This document shows, piece by piece, positions 25,177 through 35,062 of a stretch of DNA of 64,000 nt. The notes under the pieces are model-generated. The model saw only the letters and a program-made list of their open reading frames with translations, had not been told where the DNA came from and did no database searches. How positions within the stretch are numbered: position 1 is the first letter of the stretch; each line of letters opens with the position of its first letter. The translations under genes and the position numbers were made by a program. Source of the DNA: Eledone cirrhosa (Eukaryota); assembly GCA_964016885.1 (NCBI GenBank), contig OZ024741.1:362638001-362702000 (forward strand). The letters are read 5' to 3'.

Positions 25177-26773
25177 GTAAATTTTAATTTCCTTTGCACA
25201 AAACTTGTTTGATATCATTTTATATCCATTTATCGCATGCTTGTATGAGTTTGATGAAGCCTGGAGTTTATCCAGGATTCATGGACAGTAAGCAACTAGT
25301 GACTAACAATACAAGACCTTGGATGGGATGCCAGTTCATTGCAGGCCTAACTTCCAACTGCTTGCTGCTGCTACTTTCATTTGAATGAACTGGAGTAACA
25401 TGAAATGACGTGCCATTGCTCAAGGACGCAATGCATCATTAGGTCTGGGAATCAAACTCACTACCTTATGATTGTGAGCCTAATACTTTAACCACTAGGT
25501 CACAAATTTCACACATAATTTGGTTATAAAAGTATGGTATTGTTTTTAGTTTACTCCTTGACTTATTATAATCATCATTGTTTTACATCCACCTTTCCAT
25601 ACTTGCATGAGCTAGACAGGTCTTTTCCAGCAGAGCATCCCTCCATTCATTGCAGTAATTTTTGGCCACTTTTTTTCTGGCTGAATACTCTTCCTATCAC
25701 CAACCACTTTACAGCATTGAGGTTATCCGATGGGACTGAAGGGTCCTCTCTACCCTTTATCAGTTTTTTATTCAGAGTTACTATTCTCTTAAATGGGGTG
25801 CTTTCACTATGGCTTACAGAGTCCATGTCTGTCCTTTCTATTAAGAAATATTTCTCTAGTTTCTCTTAATCTCTTACTGCTATATATACTTTAAAGGTCT
25901 TCTTTGCTTTTCATCTTTTTGGGGGGGAGGTTGATAAAATAAAGTACTAGTCAAGTGTACTGGATTGGCAGAAATGTTAGAGTATCAAAGGAGATGCCTT
26001 GCAGTATTTATTCCAGCTCTTTGTGTTCTGAGTTCTTAGGTGGTAAACGAAATCCGATGCCTGATGTAACACCACCAACTGACCCTTGGGTGTTTTTAAC
26101 AAAGTTCACTCTGTTGCAAGCATTCAAGCCATGTCTCTAGTTTGAGGATATTTTCCTTGTTTCCTCCTACTACTCTTAGGCCCTGAAAAAATAATGGATC
26201 ATGGATTTTGCCCTTCTCTCCTTAACTAAGTGATTAAAAAAAAGAAGATTCATTCTAATTCAAACGAAAATCTTTTTAATAAACAAAAAACTACAACAGC
26301 GGTTCTTGAAAAATTATTATGGTGAATTCTTAGAACTACCTCAGTCCTATACAGAAATAGTAACTGAAAGAGAAAAGGGATAAAAATTAATTAATTAAGG
26401 TGATAGGAATGATATCTAACCACAGAAAACCTGTCAAACAAATGTTTGGAGGATTCTTCAGCTGTGTCAAGGACATGACAACTTCCCGTGTTGGCGTCAC
26501 AATAAAATGCGGTTGGTAATGAACTGGATTGTATGTAAGCAAGTCGTGGGTTGGCAGCCCATCTCAGCACTCAATAGGGTGCAGGAATGTAAGCATGATG
26601 CAGGCTCCCAACCACCTAAGGAAACAGTACCTCCGCTTTGAGTACCAACCCAGTCTGCTGACAACCTGTCCAACCCTTGCTAACAAGGAAAGCAGACATT
26701 GATGATGATGATAATGAATACATGTACATGAAAGTAAATATATGTTAAATTTATTTTTAACACTTTGTTACAG

Positions 26774-26851
26774 ATGTTGCAGGCAGTTAGTAATGTTGCT
26801 CCCAGAAGTGTGTATGTCTGTGGAAATACAACCACTGTGTCAGGTTTAACT
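26774..26851 (+). CDS. MCM8: MCM8 coding exon 16
   Basis: MLQAVSNVAPRSVYVCGNTTTVSGLT; ttacag/GTAAGT. Confidence 0.95.
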
Positions 26852-28874
26852 GTAAGTAATGGAGTTGTTTTCTTTTCTGTGCTAGTATGGTTTTGACAAG
26901 TCGTCACATTATGAAACTAGGCAGGTCAAATGACCACATCATGGTCAGGCAATCCACTTTTGGCTTGGTTTTCTATAACTGGATGCCCTTCTTAATGCCA
27001 ACCACCTTACATGATGGACTGAGTGCTTTTTGTCATGTCATCAGCATTACCACCTTACAGGGTGGGTTGAATACTTCTTTATCATGACACCCATACAAAC
27101 ATCTTACAAGGATGACTGGGTGTTTTTGTTGTAGCACCAGTACAACCACCTAACATGGTGGACTGGATGCTTTAGATACGCCGCCAATATTCTGGCACCC
27201 TTAGTTCCAGACTTATTTTGCTAGACTAACAGAGATGTTGTAATTATAGTTCAGGGTAAATTCTTAGATTTTCACCACATTAATAACTTTTTCATAACCA
27301 AACCTTCAAGACACACCTTTGTTTATTCACTAAAAACATATTATGAAAGCAAAACTCTTCCTACACCACTTTTATAACATGGCAGCACAAATGTTTAACT
27401 CTTTAGCATTTATATTTCTCTATATTTACTATTGTATTTTCCCGGTAAAGGCTTTACCTCATATGATTATCTCACATATCGAATCTATGAGATTTTGATA
27501 TTATTTATTTTGAGAGCAATACCTTAACATCCGTATGAGTGGCTGGTTACAACCAGTTTGAACAGAAAGAAGTGAGAGAATTCTGGCCAAATACGGCTGG
27601 TTTAAAACTAAATCTTACACCACACTCTAACTTCTTTAACCACTGAACCTAATACCATACATTTCAAACATCTTTCACAACAGAACACTATGGCCCAGGA
27701 ATCTCACCACTTTTATCTTTTCCTGTATCAATCACCATTAACATTTGCACTATGTATTGTAGTCATAACTAGGGTTGAATCTAAACAAAATAAACGAAGG
27801 ATTTACCAAAATTATTGGTGCTGCAATAACTTCCGATATTCAGACAATTGCAAATAACTGAGTGCTGTTTGTAACCACCCAGTGAAATAATCAAGTAGGT
27901 CATGAGAAATTCAAGTGCCCACTTATAATTATGTTCAAATTAAGAGGTGTTGGATCATCAGTTGCCAAAAAACTGGTAGTGTACATGTAAATATATTTTT
28001 TTTATGTTAACATATATCTATCCAGTTTAGAATAGGTAGGTACACTGTATCCCTGCATGTCATAAGAGGTAACTAAAACGGTTGGCACCAGCAAGGACAT
28101 ATGACTGTAAAATATTACCCCAAAACAAACCCACAATAAATAAAACTTGTCATAAGACCTGCCAGGCTAAACCCCGCTCCTTAGCAGAGAAAATTAATTG
28201 AAATACATTGGTAGTGGTTTTTATTGAAAATATGACAACAAAAGGGTTAAATATTCCATATTTCAGTTGTATATATTAAGATTAAAATGTTAGATTGGTG
28301 TTAGCATGCTTTTTTTATTTTTTTAAGTGAAATGTTTTTGTGATTAATTGAAAGTTTTATTAAATACTTTTGAATAAAGTACCATATATACTTATGTATG
28401 TGTTGCACTTTTTCCAGTGAGACAACTAACATACGTGTATGTGGGCCGACAAAACTTTATATTTATATACAAGTACTGAACCAAGAATGTTGCATGTAAC
28501 CTGATAGTGTGCAATTTTTACACATTCTACAGCAAGTTCTACTCTTATTTGTGGTTTTCTTGGTCTTCACACTACATACACTCCATATATATATATATAT
28601 TTCGATAGCTAGTTCTGACTGATATAGTCATACTCTACTATTCCAAGTATCAAGTATATATATATACTTTTGTATAAGATGCACCTTTTCCAATAAAAAA
28701 AAAAGATGTAAAAACAACAGCATCTCATTTTCTGGGTTTATAAAACCTTATATACGAGTCAGGTATTGAGCCAGAGATTTTTTATGTGTAGGTTGGGGAG
28801 TGTGACTTATACAGGAGTATAGATGGTTATTAAAAGGTTGAATATTCAAAATTCTATAAATAGTTATTTTTTTA

Positions 28875-31337
28875 TCACCAAATGGTATAGCCCAATTTGT
28901 TTTCTGATCTCAGTACATTCTTTGGTTGTTCAGTGCTGGCATTTGATTTACCAGAGGAAGAAGAAAAGTCATCAGAATACTCAACTTGATCTCCACTTGT
29001 TTGCCACCAGATATTTTCATCACTAGGTTTATAAGAACTCACCGACTCTGTATTTATTGATTCCCTGTTCATCATTGGTAGAATTCTTTGAGAACTTTTC
29101 TTAGTTGGAAAGAGGATTTGAGATAATTTACTATCTACACCGAGGTTATCATGGTCATCTATGGAACTTTTCATTCTTTCTAACTTTGAAAAAGGCATGA
29201 TTATTTCTTCTTGGTTAATTTCCTTATCTATAATTTCTTCCTCTGAGGAAACAATCCCAACTGTTGATGTTTCTTTCCTATCATAATGATTGCTCATTGA
29301 GTTAGCTTCAGATTCTGCTTTCAATTTCATTTGGGATATAAAGGATTCCATTTGAGAAAATTCACATGACTCAGTTATATCCTCAATGTTTGCAATTTTA
29401 GTATTATCTCCCTCATCAATTTTATTCTCAATTTTTGGAGTTTCTTCAGCAGAAATGTTAGATTTATATTCCTCGTAAGTTTTACTAAGGCCCCCACCAG
29501 CAGTTAAAATTGTAGTCTGAGCAACTTGGATTGATTTTTTCTCATTATCACTTAATGAAATGATAATGGGGTCTTCCTTCAAACTGTTGTCATCTTTTCC
29601 CAAATCTACAACTTGTTCTTCCTCAATTATAATTTTATCTTGTGCTTTTATTGTTATAGTTTCATATCTTTTAAAATCTTTTTCTTCTTGTGTTTCTACT
29701 TCTATGCTTGGTGCTTCCACCGCTATTCTTGGCGATTCAAATTTTGTTTCTGGTGCTACCACTTCTAATTCATGTACTTTAAACTCTTCTGTAGATTGTT
29801 TCTCTACCATGACAGTATTTGTGTCACTTACATTCTTGCCGATATCAACAAATCTAGCTTTCTGACAAGTTCTACTAATGCTCTTCTCAGCAGACAAGTC
29901 TTGTTGTGAGTGAAGTCTTTCTAAACGCAAAGTATAGGTTTTTGTTAGACCATATGTCAATAAAGATTTTGTGTTTGCAATTCGAGGTGTGGTCCGTATC
30001 CAATTTCGATGTTTGACATTCTTTTGTTTGTTTGGCATTTTCCTCTTCACCTGCTGAGCTTTATTTCCCTTAGTAGTCTGAGTTCCTTCTGATAAGTAAT
30101 TCTCTCTGGGATCCTGCTGTTTGATGTTACAACAAATTTGGTTTGTTAAAGAAGGAATATCTATAGTACTAAGTTCTTTAAGAATACTAGTTAATACAGG
30201 AAATTTACTTTCAAAATTGGATTGGTTGCTTATATTATTTTGTGCAATGGGCAAAGGAGAACTGCCAGATTTTGTAGCTTGGTGTTCCTTCACATCATAT
30301 TCTATGGCTTCTTGAGAAATATCTGACTCTCCATCAGCTTTGCTCATGTAAAGCTGGTCTAGCTCTTCATGTGATGGCAAAGGAATATGAAAAGATGGTT
30401 TTCCATCATTATGATAAAACATTGGTGGTGGTGAATAAGGCTCAAAAGATGTTTCATCATTTGAAGTTTCCTTAACCCACTTGTGTGTCCTATCTGGATT
30501 TTCAATATTTTCTATGTTATTCTGTGTTAAGTTCTTACTTTCTGAAGGTTCACATAAATATATACTGACATCCTTCTTTTCTGTTATGTTAGCTTCTATC
30601 CCTGCATTTGAGTCAGTTATTTCTTGTTCACTCTCGTCAGATTTGTCACTGTTAACAGTGGTTGAAGAATACTGCTTGTCTGTCTTTGTAATATCTGTTT
30701 GGATTTCTACTGACTTGGTATTTACATCAGTCTCACAGTTGTTCTCATTGGTAGTGTCTGCTGCCATATTTCTTGGTTCGTTCTCTGTGATGTGAGTTAA
30801 AAGGGTTGATCCCAAACACAAAAGACGGTAACCAACGGTCATATAACCAACTTCTTTGCCCATCAGACTGTAGATTCGCAACAATCCTTTATTTGCAAAC
30901 ACTTTGGGAACGTTAAACCTGTCCTCTTCAAATTCCGAACAGACTCGTTCCACAGCCGTATCCAATTTAATAGATGCACTACCCAATAATTTAGGAGTGT
31001 CAGGGAAACTATCTAATATTAACAAATACAAAGGGACATTACATAGATGATGTTTAAGATTCTCCGGAGACATTTTAAACAGACAAGACTTACCACGTTT
31101 GAAGGCAAACGTGTCTTCGGGGTCCTTAAGGCAGTCTAACTGGTTCGGTATCGACCACAAAGGGTCCGCTGTTAGAGTCTTTCTCACTTTATCAGCCGAC
31201 TTAGCATCAATAATATCTATTGTAATAGCAGGGAAATCTAACAACTTACAAGCGATACTAGGTATTCGGCACGTTACTCCAGGCACATATAACTTTTCTA
31301 TAACGACTTCTAATGAAAACAGTGCTAATGTTTCCAT
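28875..31337 (-). CDS. MAP10: Microtubule-associated protein 10 (MAP10/KIAA1383)-like, single coding exon, about 820 aa, nested antisense in MCM8 intron 16
   Basis: Uninterrupted 2.46-kb ORF; first ATG at 31337 (AAAATGG context) with an in-frame stop upstream. Motifs recalled from the MAP10 family: LFSLEVVI, KLLDFPAI, FKRGKSCLF, PKLLGSASI, GYRLLCLGSTLL, PPPMFY, FPVLTSILKELS, LTYGLTKTYTLRL. Confidence 0.85.
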   Translation of the reverse strand: METLALFSLEVVIEKLYVPGVTCRIPSIACKLLDFPAITIDIIDAKSADKVRKTLTADPLWSIPNQLDCLKDPEDTFAFKRGKSCLFKMSPENLKHHLCNVPLYLLILDSFPDTPKLLGSASIKLDTAVERVCSEFEEDRFNVPKVFANKGLLRIYSLMGKEVGYMTVGYRLLCLGSTLLTHITENEPRNMAADTTNENNCETDVNTKSVEIQTDITKTDKQYSSTTVNSDKSDESEQEITDSNAGIEANITEKKDVSIYLCEPSESKNLTQNNIENIENPDRTHKWVKETSNDETSFEPYSPPPMFYHNDGKPSFHIPLPSHEELDQLYMSKADGESDISQEAIEYDVKEHQATKSGSSPLPIAQNNISNQSNFESKFPVLTSILKELSTIDIPSLTNQICCNIKQQDPRENYLSEGTQTTKGNKAQQVKRKMPNKQKNVKHRNWIRTTPRIANTKSLLTYGLTKTYTLRLERLHSQQDLSAEKSISRTCQKARFVDIGKNVSDTNTVMVEKQSTEEFKVHELEVVAPETKFESPRIAVEAPSIEVETQEEKDFKRYETITIKAQDKIIIEEEQVVDLGKDDNSLKEDPIIISLSDNEKKSIQVAQTTILTAGGGLSKTYEEYKSNISAEETPKIENKIDEGDNTKIANIEDITESCEFSQMESFISQMKLKAESEANSMSNHYDRKETSTVGIVSSEEEIIDKEINQEEIIMPFSKLERMKSSIDDHDNLGVDSKLSQILFPTKKSSQRILPMMNRESINTESVSSYKPSDENIWWQTSGDQVEYSDDFSSSSGKSNASTEQPKNVLRSENKLGYTIW

Positions 31338-31480
31338 TTTCTGCACCGTTTTATGTGAAACTCATTAAACATTACTATTTAATTAATCTCTATGCCATTC
31401 TGGAAAGTTAACATTTTACAAAAAGAAAAAATAGAGCTAAAAATGTTTGAAACGTATTATTAAAAGAAGTCCATGCGTTT

Positions 31481-31497
31481 GGGCGGAGGCGGGGGGG
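31481..31497. promoter_or_regulatory. GC box (Sp/KLF-type)
   Basis: GGGCGGAGGCGGGGGGG in AT-rich DNA about 145 bp upstream of the MAP10 ATG. Confidence 0.35.
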
Positions 31498-31657
31498 TAA
31501 TTTATAATAATAATAATAATTGATGTGTTGTTATTTTTTGCTGCTTTTAAATATCATCAGTTTCTACATATCCAGAATAGTAATGATGAAGAGACTGTTT
31601 TAGTGTTATAATGGTGATGGTAGATATTGTGTAACTGGTAATGCAAAATAATACCAA

Positions 31658-31680
31658 GTTGCACGGCAACCGGTAAACAA
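31658..31680. promoter_or_regulatory. RFX X-box-like palindrome plus adjacent forkhead motif in the putative MAP10 promoter
   Basis: GTTGCACGGCAAC (31658-31670), then GTAAACAA (31673-31680), about 320 bp upstream of the MAP10 ATG in a CpG-enriched stretch. Confidence 0.55.
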
Positions 31681-33869
31681 CAGGTTTTCTCTAAACTAAA
31701 ATTATTTCCCTTCGATTATGTTAATAACATACGCGGTTCCAGTGGTTTGGTTACTGCCTTGCTTTGTTATTGTTGTTTTTACGGAGGTGTGCCTTGTCTT
31801 ACATTATCAACACAGACGTTACTCGACAAAATTCTTCTTTACGTTCGAGGGAAGTTGAAGTATAAAATTTACCCAAATGGAGGGAAATTAGCAATATGAA
31901 TTAAAAGGGGAATAACTTGCAGTTTTTGGAGTTACGTCCCTTTAGGTATTAAGTTGAGGTGTGATATTAAAAATGTAGCAGAGGTGTTAGAAAGTCGGAT
32001 AGAGTGCTTTGTGGTATTCGGTCCGGCTCTCTGAGTTCAAATCCCGCTGAGTTCAACTTTGCCTTTCATCCTTTCGAGATCGATAAAAAAAGTATCAGTC
32101 TAGTCCTGGAATCGATTCTTCTATATCTCTTTCTCAGAAGAAATCTACTGCACTCAGGCTTTTAAAAAAATGCCCAAGAGTTACGGGATCATACCATCAA
32201 GAATGGAGTGTGCAACAACAAAAGTTGCTCAGAAGGCAATTCTTAGCAACTCTCCTTTAGATTTTAGATAATAAAAGAACTAAGTGAAAATTTTGTTGTC
32301 ATTATTAAGATCAAAAGCATAGTGAGGGAATACAATCAACCTTGGGCGCAAGTATAAATTGGTGCGAAATTTTTTCTGGTATAATGCTTGTTAATGGGGG
32401 GGGGGGTCTTTGCTCACAGACTTCATTACTTCTTATTACGCCATTGTTACACAGTAGTTATCAGACAAAATACTTTGCGGAGAAGAAGAAAAAACATCTT
32501 GTTTATATAATATATTTGATTTACAAAAGAAACAAATCAATTTAAATGATAGGCTACAATTGAATGTGTGTGCGTTTTCTCTCTCTATTCTGGCTAATTT
32601 ATAATGATATATTTCTTTTGTAAAGTATATTTATTGTATAAATTGTGTTTATCATCATCATCATCACCGTTTTACATCCGTTCTTCCATGCTAGCAGGGG
32701 TTAGACGGGTTGTCCTGTTGTGGGCAGTGTCTGGTCGGCTGACCATGCCTTGCTCATACAGGAACTGATTTTGGCTTGATTTCTACAGCTGGATGCCCTT
32801 CCTAACACCAACCTCATTTACAGTGAGTGCTGGGTGCTTTTTCCGTGGCGCCTACACGTCCACTTTACAGTGTGGGCTGGGTGCTTTTTTGCCGTGGCAC
32901 CTCCAAGACCACCTTGCAGTGGGAGGGTGTGGGGGCATATTGTCTATATGCTTCAGCTTGTACCCATGGGCGGTCGGGTACTCTGTATTACTGCGTGACG
33001 CCAGAGGTCACGGTATGTACAGTATTTTTATGAAAAGAGAAATTTTACACGAAATGTTCTTTCTTCTCTCTATTACTTGGCAATTTATTTATTGAATAAT
33101 ATATGTGCATCCTGGCCACATGTATTTGATTCAGAATAGGTACATACACTGTATGCCTGCGTCGTAAGAAACAACTAAATGGTTGGTGTCAGGGAGGACA
33201 TCTGGCTCTAAAACATTGCCTCAAAATTCCTGTCCAACCAATGCTAGATTGGATAAGTCGATATAAAAACGATGGTGATCGTATAAATGTTCTTGAGTTG
33301 CATTTGTTTGGCAACTGATTCTATCTAAGATTGTATGTTATGGAGTTGTTGATTGTAGAGTTGTTGTTGCCAATAAAACGCATAATGTAGATGGTATCAG
33401 TAAGGGCATCCAGCTATAAAACCTCAGCCAAATTTACAGTCCCATCAGAGCAAGTTACAGCGTGGCCAATCCTGACCAGACTTGTCTCGACGTGGACGAC
33501 CCATCTGACCCATGCAAGCATGGAAAAATGGACGTTATATGGCGATGATGATGATCATACATTGTTTTATTTACATTTACTTTATTATTATTTTGTAATT
33601 GTAAATATATATTATTAGGTGTCAAACGTTTTGGGTGTGCATCTACAATCGGGTCACTGATACTCTATTTCAGTGAATGTAGCAATACAGGAGATTAGTG
33701 GATCAGTGGCCAATGTGTGACAAAAATATTTGACAGTTAATATCATCATCATGGTATAGTTTGGACAGGTTGTCATGGTCTAAGACTAGACAAGTTGGAG
33801 AACAACGTCTTGCTCATACATTACAGTTTTTGGTTTGGTTTCTATGGCTGAATGTACTTCCTAATGCCA

Positions 33870-34200
33870 ATGGCTTTACAGAGTGTACTGTGTACATTTT
33901 ATTATGGCACCAGCACGTGTTCTACAGAGTAGAGCACATGCTTTTTATCACGGTACCAGCACTACCACTTTACAGAGCAGACTGGGTGCATTTTATCTTA
34001 GCACTAGCAATAATACTTAACAGATTGTACAGGGTACATTTTATCATGGCACCAGCATTACTGCTTTACAGAGTGCAATGGGTTTATTTTATCTTGGCAT
34101 TAGCATTAAAATTTAACAGTGTGTACTGGGTACATGTTATTGTGACACCAGCACTGTTACTGTACAGAGTAGACTGAATGCATTTTATCAAGGTACTAAC
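33870..34200. repeat. Degenerate minisatellite of about 41 bp (about 8 units)
   Basis: Unit resembles tttacagagtgtactgggtgcattttatcatggcaccagcactaccac. Confidence 0.7.
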
Positions 34201-34303
34201 ATTAGAATGGTCATTATTATTACAAACTAAATATCTTAACTGTATGAAACTTATTAGCAATGTTGAAATGTTTGTGGAAAATAAATATAAGAAAAAATAT
34301 GTA

Positions 34304-34823
34304 CGAGGGCGCTCCAAAAGGTTTGTGGAAAAAGTACATAGCTGATAATCATATGCAGGGATTTTGATCTCAATGCACCTGTATGTTCTCATATTAACAT
34401 GTCATGTTCTAATATAAATCCTTAAATGCATGTTGCAACATGGTGCTGCCAGTTGGAAGTTAGCACCCGCTCGAGCAACTTGGCCTTCATCTAAACATCA
34501 AATTCATAGTGGAAGAGCAGCCAAATCATTGACGCACTGGAGCAAGTTTATGGGGACAATGCCCCAAGCAAATCAACAACCTACAAATGGATAAGTTGTT
34601 TTAGAAGTGGAAGAGATGAGGTTGAAGATAATCCCCAGATAAAGATGTGGAAAAAACTACTTTGACATGGTTTAAATCACATAGCACTCAGTTTTACACA
34701 GATGGTCTTAAACGCTTGCCGAAGTGTATTAACTTAGATGTAGCATATGATGAAAAATAGACATCATAACTAAACTGTTTTTTCCAACTGTCCTTTTTCC
34801 ACAAATTTTTTGAAACCCCCTCT
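34304..34823 (+). mobile_element. Internally deleted mariner of a second family
   Basis: TA-cgagggcgctccaaaaggtttgtggaaaaa ... tttttccacaaattttttgaaaccccctct-TA; remnant LEQVYGDNAPSKSTTYKW. Confidence 0.75.
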
Positions 34824-34878
34824 TATAATTTATTAAATTGGATTTTTTGTTTTTTTTTCAAATTAATGTTTTATTCAG

Positions 34879-35016
34879 GTGACTCTCTGCAAAGAAGCAG
34901 GTTCCAGTGATCATGCATTAGAAGCTGGTGCTCTTGTCCTTGCTGACCAAGGCTGTTGTTGTATTGATGAATTTGATAAGATGAAAAATCAGCACCAAGC
35001 ATTATTGGAAGCTATG
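34879..35016 (+). CDS. MCM8: MCM8 coding exon 17 (Walker B)
   Basis: [46 protein letters not shown]; attcag/GTAAGA. Confidence 0.96.
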
Positions 35017-35062
35017 GTAAGATCTTATCCATTTTATTTCATAGAATATTACAATGACAAAT

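Noticed and set aside
26807-26809. AGT (Ser) in APRSVYV as a restorative A-to-I site giving the Gly of vertebrate MCM8
   Set aside because: Ser and Ala are common at this position in MCM proteins, and nothing in the DNA alone supports editing.
31338-31346. GTG start given by the ORF track for the 823-aa protein
   Set aside because: This is a eukaryotic gene; the first ATG, in good context, is three codons downstream at 31337.
33870-34200. Possible CRISPR-like array
   Set aside because: Units are contiguous degenerate tandem repeats without unique spacers, in a eukaryotic intron, with no cas genes.
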